DNA of 64,000 nucleotides from a bacterium (GTDB taxonomy: Bacteria; Patescibacteriota; Minisyncoccia; Phycocordibacterales; UBA9973). Below the pieces are notes generated by a model. The model ran no database searches, had not been told where the DNA came from, and saw only the letters and a program-made list of their open reading frames with translations. Numbering within the stretch: the first letter of the stretch is position 1; every line of letters begins with the position of its first letter. Where the stretch lies: contig JAIXRY010000006.1 in the NCBI GenBank assembly GCA_027484965.1, positions 65,738 to 129,737 on the forward strand. Reading direction: 5' to 3'. This document shows, in pieces, positions 19,355 to 28,467 of this stretch. A program made the position numbers and the translations under genes.

Positions 19355-20749
19355 TTAAGGTCTAAAACGACTTATTTTCTGGTCATCTTTAGAATCCAAC
19401 ACTTCCCATCCAAGTAAAGCTATTTGGTGGCGAATCTCGTCACTTTCTTGCCAATTTTTACTATTACGAGCAATTTGTCTCTTTTCTAATAAGTCCAAAA
19501 CTTCTTTTGGTGCTATATCTTTCTCTATTTTATCAAGTCCGAGACCTAAAACTTTGTCGAATTCTAGAACAGTAGCTCTTTTTATTTCAGAATCAAGCCT
19601 CATATCATGTAAGAGTTCCCACATAAGAGCAATTACTCCTGGAGTATCTAGATCATCTCCAAGAGCACGTTTGAAACGTCCTATGTAATCAAAATCGGCT
19701 TTTGCCTCAGATTCTTTTAAGTTTGAAAATATATCAATAAGACGGTCATATGCATTTTCGGCACCTTTTAATGATTCAAAAGTAAAATTCATCGCTTTTC
19801 TATAGTGAGCTTGCAAGAACAAGAATCTAAGTGCAAGAGGGTTTATTCCTTTTTCGACAATATCATCAATAGTGTAATAATTCCCTTTACTCTTTGACAT
19901 CTTCTCGCCTTCTACTTGGAGGAAATTGTGGTGAATCCAGAAATGTACGAATTCGTGCCCTGTAGCACATTCACTTTGAGCTATTTCGTTCTCATGGTGA
20001 ACAGGTATATGATCTACACCACCAGTATGAATATCAATAGTCTCTCCAAGATATTCCATACTCATAGCCGAACATTCTATGTGCCATCCAGGAAATCCGT
20101 CCCCCCACTTACTTTCCCAGCGCATTGTATGATGAGCAAATCTTCCTACACGCTTAAACCAAAGCACGAAGTCTGCTGGATGTTTTTTGTTTTTATCTAC
20201 CACAACATCTTCACGTACAGCCTGCTTTTTGTCTTCTATTTTTTGACCAGAAAGTGCGCCGTATTCTTTGAATTTTGTTGTATCAAAATATATTGCTTGA
20301 GGAGTCTCATAAGTGAAGCCTTTTTCTTCGAGGTGCTTAACGAAGGCAATCATTCCATCTATATGATCTGTAGCTTTTATAAAATGAGTAGGAGTAAGCA
20401 CGTCGAGCGCTTTCATTGTTTTCTCAAAATACTCAGTATAAAACTCCGCCACCTCCCAAACGGTCTTACCGTATTTAAGAGCACCTTTTTCCATCTTATC
20501 TTCTCCTTCATCACCGTCGTCAGACAAGTGCCCAACATCGGTTATATTCATCACATGGTTCACTTCGTAGCCAAAATAGCCAAGAGTGCGCTTGAGCACA
20601 TCATCACCTATGTAGCGGCGCATATGGCCTATGTGAGTGAAGTCGTAGACAGTAGGGCCACAACTATACATAGAAACCCTACCTTCTTTTATAGGTACAA
20701 ATTTCTCGTATCCGCGGGTTTTAGTATTCCAGAATTTAATTACATCCAT
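19355..20749 (-). CDS. cysS: cysteinyl-tRNA synthetase
   Basis: CGPTVYD...HIGH and KMSKSKGN motifs. Confidence 0.9.
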   Translation of the reverse strand: MDVIKFWNTKTRGYEKFVPIKEGRVSMYSCGPTVYDFTHIGHMRRYIGDDVLKRTLGYFGYEVNHVMNITDVGHLSDDGDEGEDKMEKGALKYGKTVWEVAEFYTEYFEKTMKALDVLTPTHFIKATDHIDGMIAFVKHLEEKGFTYETPQAIYFDTTKFKEYGALSGQKIEDKKQAVREDVVVDKNKKHPADFVLWFKRVGRFAHHTMRWESKWGDGFPGWHIECSAMSMEYLGETIDIHTGGVDHIPVHHENEIAQSECATGHEFVHFWIHHNFLQVEGEKMSKSKGNYYTIDDIVEKGINPLALRFLFLQAHYRKAMNFTFESLKGAENAYDRLIDIFSNLKESEAKADFDYIGRFKRALGDDLDTPGVIALMWELLHDMRLDSEIKRATVLEFDKVLGLGLDKIEKDIAPKEVLDLLEKRQIARNSKNWQESDEIRHQIALLGWEVLDSKDDQKISRFRP

Positions 20750-21648
20750 CTCTTTAGTTTAAAGTATAAGAACATGGTAAGTCCAGTCACCGTCATTGCT
20801 CCAACAACAACAAAGAAGTCAGAAGTTTGTTTAATAATAATAAAATCAGTATTCATTCCAAAAACTCCAGTGATTAGAGTAAGAGGAAGCATAATAAAAC
20901 TCATAATAGTCAAGACTTTGATTGTTTCATTTGTCTTTGTTGTGAGTAATGAGTCATTTGTATCACGAAGATCATTCAAGATATCTTTGTGACCATCAAG
21001 CATTGTCTGAACTTTGTTGTATTCACCAATAACACCCGAAAGATGGTACGTAAAAGATTCTCCAAAAAAGTCCCTTCCTGCAATTTCAAATGAATGAAGA
21101 ACTTCACGATGAAAACGTATCGCTTGTTTGAAATCAAGGAGACGTCTGTTTATTTTGGAAATCATATGAACAGTATCTTCTTCACGTTCTCCAAATATAT
21201 CATGCTCCACATCTCTAAGGCTTTTATTGATATCATCAAGCTCCTCTAGACTATCTCTGTAGAGTTCTTTGATAATACTATAAAAGAGATATCCTGCATG
21301 TTCATCTCGAATACCACGATCAAGCATTTTGTTTACTTCGAATTTTTTAGAAAATTCGTGTAAAGGATTGATTAATTCATAGTGAACAGTCATAACATAA
21401 TCTTTTCCAATAATAAAATCTATTTCTTGATCAAGTTCACCTTCTTTGTGGCGATATTTTGGAAAATGAAGAATTAGATAAATGAGATTATTGTGCAAGT
21501 CTACCTTTGAGCGCATTGTACTCGTAAGGAGCTCCTCTGCAACACTTCCCGGTAAATTATACACATCAGCGAGATGAGAAATTTCTTCTTTTGTTGGAGA
21601 CTCAACATCAATCCATCGAACTTTTTTGTGTGTGTACTCAGAAATCAT
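20740..21648 (-). CDS. corA: CorA-family magnesium/cobalt transporter
   Basis: C-terminal two TM helices with the GVFGMN signature. Confidence 0.8.
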   Translation of the reverse strand: MISEYTHKKVRWIDVESPTKEEISHLADVYNLPGSVAEELLTSTMRSKVDLHNNLIYLILHFPKYRHKEGELDQEIDFIIGKDYVMTVHYELINPLHEFSKKFEVNKMLDRGIRDEHAGYLFYSIIKELYRDSLEELDDINKSLRDVEHDIFGEREEDTVHMISKINRRLLDFKQAIRFHREVLHSFEIAGRDFFGESFTYHLSGVIGEYNKVQTMLDGHKDILNDLRDTNDSLLTTKTNETIKVLTIMSFIMLPLTLITGVFGMNTDFIIIKQTSDFFVVVGAMTVTGLTMFLYFKLKRWM

Positions 21649-21694
21649 AAGTATAGTATATATGTTAAATTAAAAAGTCGATAGTGGAATAAAT

Positions 21695-21730
21695 AAAAAT
21701 AACCACAATCTATGTGGTTATTTTTATTTA
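21695..21730 (-). terminator. hairpin terminator ATAACCACA...TGTGGTTAT
   Basis: 9-bp stem just downstream of the histidine kinase stop. Confidence 0.5.
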
Positions 21731-21736
21731 AAAAAT

Positions 21737-23374
21737 TTACTCTTTTGGTATCGTAGGGAGTTCAACTAAGAATGTTGTACCCTTACCCAATCCCTCTGAT
21801 TCGAGCCATACGCGCCCATGATGCGCTTTTATAATCTCTTTTGCAAGATATAGCCCAAGTCCTGATCCTGTAGTATTCATCTTACCAGCTTCACCACGAT
21901 TGAATTTGTGGAATAGCTTTTCTTTTGTTTCTGGAGAAACTCCGACACCTGTATCTTTTATAGAAAATATGACTTTATTATTTTCATACACAAGACCTAA
22001 TGATATTGAGCCTTCTGGAGTATATTTTATAGAGTTATCTATCAAGTTAATAACAACCTGACGAAGCTTCTCACGATCACCAGAAACCATTACAAGTTCT
22101 TCTGTATCAGAACTAAAGTTCATAACCAATCCTTTCTTCTCTGCAGTAATTTTCAGATCTGAATATGTATCGCTTGCCATTTCTTTGAAGTCAAAAGGTT
22201 CGATTATATATTTCATACCTCCTGATTCAATTTTTGAAACACTAAGGAAGTCTTCCACCATAATCGCAAGACTATTTGAAGTTTGGAGAACACGTTCTAG
22301 AGGTTCTTGCTGTTCAGGAACAACTTTTCCAAAAGACCCTTCAAGAAGCATAGATGTGTATCCTTTAATAGCAGTGAGAGGGCTTCTGATTTGATGTGTA
22401 GCAAGTGACAAGAATTCTGTTTTCAACTTATCAAGACCTTTCAATTTTTCATTTGCTTCAATAAGATTTTTTGAAATTACCTCCATTTCTTCCTTTTGTT
22501 TAATCTCACGTTTAACGCTATTTATTAAAATATTACCAAAAAATATTATAAGAATTAGTGTAAACCCTGTAAGTACAATGTTGACAGGTGTTCTAACGAA
22601 TATAAACTGAGAAGCAATCAATATAAAGAGTAAATAAACAATTAATTGAGTACCAAAAACTTTAAAATCAAAAACTTTTAAGTTTATAATAGAATATATA
22701 ATCCCAACAAGAAAAATAGGTAGTATAAATAAACTATACAAGTTTATTTCATAAACACCTGTAACACTTGAAATATATTCAGTTATAGAAAAGACAGAGA
22801 AAAATAATATTATTGAAAGCCCTACAATTAGTATCTTTTTTCTATTTTCCTTTGTTTCTTTTTTAAAATTAAATATACCAACCAAGAGTATTGTTGTTAC
22901 ACTTAAAAATTCAATAAATAACTTGTATTTTGTTAAAAAATCATTATTAATAGATTCACACACTGCCTGATCGAAATAAACAACAGAACCACCAGAAGCA
23001 GTAATATAAAAAGCGGGTAAAGAAAGTATTAAAATAATACTCTTATAAAATATATTTAAATCCTTTTTAATTGCAATAATTACAAAGAAATATGCACCAA
23101 AAAGATAGAATAGTACATTTATATAATCAAGAGGAGCCCAAGAGAAGTTAACCAAATTATAATTTTGAGAAGTCCATAAAACTAAATCACCAATAAGCCA
23201 CAAACAGAAAAGTCCTACGAAAACAGAAAATATTTTTGTTATATAGGAACTTTTACTTTTACCTAACGTAAAAAATATTAGGACCAATGAAATAAAAATT
23301 GGTACAAGATGAGAATAAAAAGCTATTGAGTGATAGTTTTTTGTTGTTTCAAAACAAGTGTTTAGTATATCCAT
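21737..23374 (-). CDS. sensor histidine kinase with a polytopic N-terminal membrane domain. No response regulator in the window.
   Basis: About 8 TM helices, H-box LSLATHQIRSPLTAIKGY, N-box DNSIKYT, G1 DTGVGV, G2 GSGLGL. Confidence 0.8.
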   Translation of the reverse strand: MDILNTCFETTKNYHSIAFYSHLVPIFISLVLIFFTLGKSKSSYITKIFSVFVGLFCLWLIGDLVLWTSQNYNLVNFSWAPLDYINVLFYLFGAYFFVIIAIKKDLNIFYKSIILILSLPAFYITASGGSVVYFDQAVCESINNDFLTKYKLFIEFLSVTTILLVGIFNFKKETKENRKKILIVGLSIILFFSVFSITEYISSVTGVYEINLYSLFILPIFLVGIIYSIINLKVFDFKVFGTQLIVYLLFILIASQFIFVRTPVNIVLTGFTLILIIFFGNILINSVKREIKQKEEMEVISKNLIEANEKLKGLDKLKTEFLSLATHQIRSPLTAIKGYTSMLLEGSFGKVVPEQQEPLERVLQTSNSLAIMVEDFLSVSKIESGGMKYIIEPFDFKEMASDTYSDLKITAEKKGLVMNFSSDTEELVMVSGDREKLRQVVINLIDNSIKYTPEGSISLGLVYENNKVIFSIKDTGVGVSPETKEKLFHKFNRGEAGKMNTTGSGLGLYLAKEIIKAHHGRVWLESEGLGKGTTFLVELPTIPKE

Positions 23375-23392
23375 AAATTAATTATAAACGAA

Positions 23393-24223
23393 TTATTTAA
23401 TCTTGTCTTCAATTATATACATAGAACTCTCTGGATGACAAAACCAAAATTTATCACCTTCAATATCTGTTGGTTCAAGTGCTACTATTATAGGTTTTTT
23501 ACCTGTTATTTTAATTAATTCAATAAAACTTGGGAGAAAAATATCTCTAGTAAAAAGATATTCTTCTTCATTAAACATAAAATTTTCAAATAGTATGCCA
23601 TTTTTTAAAAAAAGAGATATAAAATTTAGATAATAATCTTTTGCGCTCTTACCAGATTTTTTAAACCAGTCTGAAGCTTCAAGAAAAATAACATCTTCTC
23701 CATGTTTAAAAGTTTTATTTAACAAATCTCTATGAAAATCTATTAGATTTTGACCCCACAAAGTCTCCACATCTTTTATTTTCAACCCTCCATTCTTGTT
23801 AAAATCAATTATAGTTACAGATTTAATCTTTGACCCTCCTTTTTTACCAACACCACAAAAAAAGTTTATTTTTCCTAAACTTGTTTTATATTCATTATTG
23901 GAAACAAATTTATCAGAATGATATTCAAAAATGACAGGTTTTACAATATTAGATAAAGGATCTAGTAGATTAATAAATCTTCTGAACTCGTAATTAGGTG
24001 TGATTAATTGTCTAAAAAGAACAGCATATTTTAAATCTTCCGAGAACAATTCAGGCTTTATAAAGTTCCCATATTTTTTTAATTTTATATCTATATCAGA
24101 ATCATCTTTTCTATTTTCTAATTCAATAATAGCTTGATTTATAGGTGTATAAACAAAACTATTAAAAATTTCTCTGTTTGACATTAGTAAATCAATATCT
24201 GGAATACCATCAAAATCTTTCAT
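23393..24223 (-). CDS. hypothetical protein (276 aa)
   Basis: ORF 18 nt upstream of the kinase gene. No motif recognised. Confidence 0.5.
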   Translation of the reverse strand: MKDFDGIPDIDLLMSNREIFNSFVYTPINQAIIELENRKDDSDIDIKLKKYGNFIKPELFSEDLKYAVLFRQLITPNYEFRRFINLLDPLSNIVKPVIFEYHSDKFVSNNEYKTSLGKINFFCGVGKKGGSKIKSVTIIDFNKNGGLKIKDVETLWGQNLIDFHRDLLNKTFKHGEDVIFLEASDWFKKSGKSAKDYYLNFISLFLKNGILFENFMFNEEEYLFTRDIFLPSFIELIKITGKKPIIVALEPTDIEGDKFWFCHPESSMYIIEDKIK

Positions 24224-24228
24224 AATAT

Positions 24229-24579
24229 TTATTTTTCAGAACATGAATCATTAGAAGATTCGTCACATTCTATTTTTTTACAATCTGCATTACCTGCCAA
24301 ACACTCATCAAGACAAGAATCTACGCCACATTTTTTAAAATCATAAGCTTTTATAAAGTATTTTTTATAACTACTCAAATTATTAGGAGGACAATCCCCT
24401 TGAGAACAATCTCTAATAAAACACTTTTCACTAGTAGAGTCGCAAGGAAGTTCAATCATGTAAAGATAATCTTTTTTATAGATATACTTATAAAAACAGA
24501 AAACAATAACTAATACTAAAAAAATAATAAATACAAAAATACTTTTTTTATCTTCACTTTTGTGATTATCTTCATTCAT
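24229..24579 (-). CDS. membrane-anchored cysteine-rich protein (116 aa, about 12 Cys in an 80-aa extracytoplasmic tail)
   Basis: Single N-terminal TM helix, then a CxxxxC / CxxxC rich segment. Confidence 0.5.
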   Translation of the reverse strand: MNEDNHKSEDKKSIFVFIIFLVLVIVFCFYKYIYKKDYLYMIELPCDSTSEKCFIRDCSQGDCPPNNLSSYKKYFIKAYDFKKCGVDSCLDECLAGNADCKKIECDESSNDSCSEK

Positions 24580-24604
24580 AAAAGATATAATAACACAATA
24601 TTGA

Positions 24605-25075
24605 TTAAAATGTTAAATATATTGGAGACCATAAAACTAACCATATTGTGTGTCCAATTAATGTTGTTAGAAATATATAAAAATGATCTTTCTTACAAAA
24701 AGCAAATCCTGGTTTTCTTAAATAAATAGTAGCTAAAAATGGATCATAGAATGACAAACCTAATATAGTTGAAATTCTACCCATTTTGAATATATGTTTC
24801 CAAATACCACTTCTCTGTTTTTTAATTTCTTTTATTTTTTCAAATCCAAAGATATCTTTTTTTAAATAATCGTATAAAAACAAAAGAGAGTAGTTTAAAA
24901 TAAGAGCTAAGAATAAGAGGATAAAGTAACTGTTCCAAAAACTTAATTTATACATAACTAACGGATATATAAAATAATCAAAAATTTTATTTACAATCTC
25001 CAAAAATACAAGTCCGCTAAAAAATTTTAACGATAGAAAAGGAAATTTTATAATGAGTTTATTTTTTATATCCAT
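24605..25075 (-). CDS. 4-TM membrane protein, paralog of 25140..25592
   Basis: Shares DIFGFEK...MGRI...YDPF.AT...LFLTT..GHT.W...WSP blocks with the neighbouring gene. Confidence 0.55.
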   Translation of the reverse strand: MDIKNKLIIKFPFLSLKFFSGLVFLEIVNKIFDYFIYPLVMYKLSFWNSYFILLFLALILNYSLLFLYDYLKKDIFGFEKIKEIKKQRSGIWKHIFKMGRISTILGLSFYDPFLATIYLRKPGFAFCKKDHFYIFLTTLIGHTIWLVLWSPIYLTF

Positions 25076-25139
25076 ACCAAGAATTTTAAATTATACATTA
25101 AAAAAATAAAACACCCTATGTTAATAAAACAGAGGGTGC

Positions 25140-25592
25140 CTAAAACAACTTAAGTGGACTCCAAAATATAAACCACAAAGTATGTCCCATAAAAGTAGTT
25201 AAAAAAAGATATAGATAATCTAATCTTGAGACATAAAAACTTTTTTTAGACATAAAAACAGTCGCCATAAATGGATCGTACCAAGATAAAAATATTATAC
25301 TTGGAATCCTTCCCATACTAAAAACTTTTGCCCAAAAACCATTTTTATGTTCTTGAATTAATTTTACTTTTTCAAATCCAAATATATCTTTTTTAAGATA
25401 ATTATAAGTAATTAATAATATAAAATTAAGAATCAACGCTGTAACAAATAAGATAACAAATGCTTTACCAAATGAAAATCTATATACAGCTATTGGGTAG
25501 TAGATATAATCAAATACTCTGTTGATTATTTCAAGGATAATGATTCCTCCACCAGCTCTTAAGATGGCTAATATAATTTTTATTTTTTTCAA
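25140..25592 (-). CDS. 4-TM membrane protein, paralog of 24605..25075
   Basis: As above. Strong SD AAGGAGG 7 nt before a TTG start. Confidence 0.55.
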   Translation of the reverse strand: MKKIKIILAILRAGGGIIILEIINRVFDYIYYPIAVYRFSFGKAFVILFVTALILNFILLITYNYLKKDIFGFEKVKLIQEHKNGFWAKVFSMGRIPSIIFLSWYDPFMATVFMSKKSFYVSRLDYLYLFLTTFMGHTLWFIFWSPLKLF

Positions 25593-25621
25593 TTAAACCT
25601 CCTTTTTTTAAATAATATATT

Positions 25622-25644
25622 ATTATTGACTTTTTGTCAATAAT
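25622..25644. promoter_or_regulatory. perfect palindrome ATTATTGAC-TTTTT-GTCAATAAT in a divergent promoter region
   Basis: 9-bp arms. Each arm contains a TTGAC -35-like element for one of the two divergent genes. Confidence 0.45.
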
Positions 25645-25690
25645 ACGCAATATATTATTTTATAAAATATAACTGTGTTATTATTTACTC

Positions 25691-26260
25691 ATGAAATATC
25701 TTTTTATTGTTCCAGGATTTGGTGAAACTGGCAAAGAATCTTGTTATAAAGAAATATCAAAATGTGCAAAATCTAAAGGATTTAAATCTATTACAATATC
25801 TGTTGTTTGGGATAGAAATACTTTATCTACTTGGATAAAAGAAGTAAAGAAGATTCTGGATAAATATTCAAGAGAAGAACTAAGAGAAAGTATAATCTTA
25901 GGTTTTTCTTTTGGTGCTTTAATTAGTCAAGAAATAGCAAAAGATATAATTTTTGATAAAGTTATATCTTGTTCATGTTCTCCTTATTATAAAGAAAATT
26001 TAAAATATTTTCCAAAAGAAGTTTATGTTTTCTTTGGAAAAAAGAGAATGAAAGATTTTGAAAATTACTCAATAAATTCTTATAAGAAAAGTAAAATAAG
26101 AAACTTTATAGCTTTCTTCGGCGAAAAAGATTGGGATATAGGTCAAAAGACTTCTAAAAAAATTTCTGAATATCTAGGAGGTGCTTTTCAAATAATTCCT
26201 GAAACCGAACATGAATTATCACCTTTATATATTAAGAAGATACAAAATAAAATAGAGTAA
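25691..26260 (+). CDS. alpha/beta-hydrolase-like protein with a GFSFG nucleophile elbow
   Basis: GxSxG motif in a 189-aa protein. Convergent with the ATP-grasp gene with zero spacing. Confidence 0.5.
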   Translation: MKYLFIVPGFGETGKESCYKEISKCAKSKGFKSITISVVWDRNTLSTWIKEVKKILDKYSREELRESIILGFSFGALISQEIAKDIIFDKVISCSCSPYYKENLKYFPKEVYVFFGKKRMKDFENYSINSYKKSKIRNFIAFFGEKDWDIGQKTSKKISEYLGGAFQIIPETEHELSPLYIKKIQNKIE

Positions 26261-27193
26261 TTAAGAAATAATTACTCTATAAATTTCATTAGCTATTTTA
26301 ATGTTGGTATTTTTATTAAAAAAACCATACCAATCCCCGCATGGATTAAGATCAATAAATATCTCTTTTCCATCTCTTATTAAAAATTCAGGACACGCCC
26401 AAGTTAGTGATAATGATTTTAGTAATTTAAATAATGATAAAGTGGTCTTTTTTGAAAGGCTGTATTTCTTCCATATAAAGCAATGATTAGAATCACTATT
26501 TAATTCTCTAAAATCAACCATTCTCTCATTTGCCTTATTATCCCTAAATACAGAAAAAATATTTTCTTGTGTACAAAAACACCTTACATGCTTATCAGCA
26601 CTAATACCTTCTTGTGCTAGTATTGGATAACTTTCAATTTTATCATTACCATCACCATAAAATCCAAAAGCTGTTAATGTTACTTCACTTTTTAGACCTT
26701 TTTTATTTGTTACAGAAAAAGGAAATCCTAAAGGTTTGTACCAAGAATATTCCTCTTTTATACCAAATCCAATTTTTGTGCCATTTGGTATCAACAATCC
26801 AACTTCTTGAGCTTTTTTCATAAGCAATCCTTTAGATTCGGCTTGTTCTATTTTTAAAATAGAACCTGGGAAATTTTTACCATCCAAATTTAAAAACAAA
26901 AATTCTTTTAGAAATGATTCGAGACGTAGCCTCCAATCATTAGGAAATATTATTTCTTTTGGACTATTTAATATAGCGTCTATTCTAGGGTTTGTAGTGA
27001 ATACAATAGATGTAAGGATATGTTTCTTTTTGTTTATAAAAAGGTATCCAGGATGTGCTACTTCTAAATGAATTTTACTTTTGTGTATTCTGTGTGTATC
27101 TAACACAAAAATATCATCAATTTTACTGAGCCTTTTAATTAATAACAATATCTGAGGATCCTTTTTTCCGAGTGAAGATATTAATAGTATCAT
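26261..27193 (-). CDS. ATP-grasp fold ligase (310 aa)
   Basis: SKGLLMKKAQEVGLLIPNG (the ATP-grasp D/E-K...L...G.P.P block), PILAQEGISADKHVRCFC (resembles the RimK VVAQEYI...DIRC block), C-terminal EIFIDLNPCGDW (E/D-x-N-x-P-G metal site). Confidence 0.6.
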   Translation of the reverse strand: MILLISSLGKKDPQILLLIKRLSKIDDIFVLDTHRIHKSKIHLEVAHPGYLFINKKKHILTSIVFTTNPRIDAILNSPKEIIFPNDWRLRLESFLKEFLFLNLDGKNFPGSILKIEQAESKGLLMKKAQEVGLLIPNGTKIGFGIKEEYSWYKPLGFPFSVTNKKGLKSEVTLTAFGFYGDGNDKIESYPILAQEGISADKHVRCFCTQENIFSVFRDNKANERMVDFRELNSDSNHCFIWKKYSLSKKTTLSLFKLLKSLSLTWACPEFLIRDGKEIFIDLNPCGDWYGFFNKNTNIKIANEIYRVIIS

Positions 27194-27228
27194 TTTTATT
27201 TATTTTTTAATGTTCTTTTTTTTATTAA

Positions 27229-27253
27229 AAAAGGAGACATATTGCCTCCTTTT
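27229..27253 (-). promoter_or_regulatory. AU-rich hairpin AAAAGGAG-N9-CTCCTTTT between the small-peptide ORF and the ATP-grasp gene. It embeds an SD plus a 13-codon uORF start.
   Basis: 8-bp stem. AGGAGG sits 6 nt before the ATG of the MSPFLIKKKNIKK uORF, which ends 6 nt before the ATP-grasp ATG. Confidence 0.35.
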
Positions 27254-27259
27254 AGTCTT

Positions 27260-27346
27260 TTAACCACAATGATGTCTTGTTACTCTTGTTTTACCAAAAC
27301 AAACATTTTTAATGGTTTTTTTAGGTTGTATTTTATATTTTTTCAT
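27260..27346 (-). CDS. candidate small basic peptide (28 aa) MKKYKIQPKKTIKNVCFGKTRVTRHHCG
   Basis: ORF of 29 codons directly upstream of the ATP-grasp gene and separated from it by a hairpin. No SD. Could be chance in AT-rich DNA. Confidence 0.25.
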   Translation of the reverse strand: MKKYKIQPKKTIKNVCFGKTRVTRHHCG

Positions 27347-27446
27347 AAATTAACTAATTTATTTAATTTAATACTATTTAGATTAAACTGTCTATATTGA
27401 CTTTTTGTTAATAATCACTATAATTAAAGACAAATAACTACATCAA

Positions 27447-28040
27447 ATGAAAAAAATAATTCTTTTATTCATTATGGTATCTAGCTTCTTTAACAAAGCT
27501 TTTGCTCAAAAAGATACAACACCTTCTAACTTTACTTACGAATTCCACCAGAACACCATATTCGCCCAAAATTCGCCCACCTTCCCACTTATATATGGAA
27601 TGATCTATCTTGATACAAAATCAAGATTTGGAGGTTGGGCTTTCACCTATTTTGAACCAAGTGTTTGTCAAATTCTAGGAGGACCTAAATTCTCTCTTAT
27701 TAAGACAAACGAAGTTCAAAGTGAATTTGGTATTGGGATTGGTTATGACTTCTTTCAAACAGGAACAGAACCTACATATGGTGGATACTTTTGGTTTACC
27801 AACAATAAATACGATTTGTACGGATACACTGAACAAAATCAAAATCAGTTTTTATGGTGGAATCAATTTTATCTTCAAAGACATATTGGTAAATGTGCAA
27901 TAGGTCCTGGATATCAAACAAATGTTGGGTATGGATTAAAAATTTCCTACATCTTAAAAAGATGGGAATTCTACACTCAACCAAGTTTGGAAAGTTCAAA
28001 AGAGCAAAAGATTTTATTTGGAATTAGATTCCACAACTAA
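27447..28040 (+). CDS. secreted protein with N-terminal signal peptide, rich in aromatic and Gly residues
   Basis: MKKIILLFIMVSSFFNKAFAQ signal peptide. TTGACT-N16-TATAAT promoter at about 27399-27426. Confidence 0.55.
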   Translation: MKKIILLFIMVSSFFNKAFAQKDTTPSNFTYEFHQNTIFAQNSPTFPLIYGMIYLDTKSRFGGWAFTYFEPSVCQILGGPKFSLIKTNEVQSEFGIGIGYDFFQTGTEPTYGGYFWFTNNKYDLYGYTEQNQNQFLWWNQFYLQRHIGKCAIGPGYQTNVGYGLKISYILKRWEFYTQPSLESSKEQKILFGIRFHN

Positions 28041-28090
28041 AAAGCGCACCTCACTCCGAGATACGCTTTTTTTATTTTTCTAAATTTAGA

Positions 28091-28447
28091 TCAAAATCCC
28101 CAATAACAATCTTTATCTACTACTTTGTCTTTTTCAAAAGAAATGTAAGCTTCATAATCCCAAATTCTAGGGTACTGACCATTATAAGAAAAAAGAATAT
28201 GATAAGATGAATCATCCTCTTTTACCTCTTCTCTAATATTTTTCTGACCTAAAAAATCTATAACTTCTTCTTTTGATATACCAGTTAGTATTTTCTCCTC
28301 GCATGTTTTTAAAATAAGTGAGTTTGGTTGAGAAAAAGTTTTTTCATGATAAATAAACCAGATAATGCAGGTAAAAATTATAGTCGCAATTATTCCTACA
28401 ATTATTTTTGCACCTAGATGCAATTCTTTTTTTGTTTGATTTTCCAT
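28091..28447 (-). CDS. hypothetical membrane-anchored protein (118 aa)
   Basis: One TM helix near the N-terminus. Confidence 0.5.
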   Translation of the reverse strand: MENQTKKELHLGAKIIVGIIATIIFTCIIWFIYHEKTFSQPNSLILKTCEEKILTGISKEEVIDFLGQKNIREEVKEDDSSYHILFSYNGQYPRIWDYEAYISFEKDKVVDKDCYWGF

Positions 28448-28467
28448 TTTATTACTAATTAACTTAA

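Noticed and set aside
19916-20992. 358-aa plus-strand ORF overlapping cysS and corA
   Set aside because: It is antisense to two well-supported genes, has low-complexity Phe/Ile-rich sequence typical of reverse-strand reading in AT-rich DNA, and shows no motifs.
27260-27346. Small peptide as a truncated ribosomal protein L31 (MKKxIxPK start, C..G..KTR)
   Set aside because: The resemblance is limited to a few residues, the ORF is half of L31's length, and it lacks the second zinc-binding pair.
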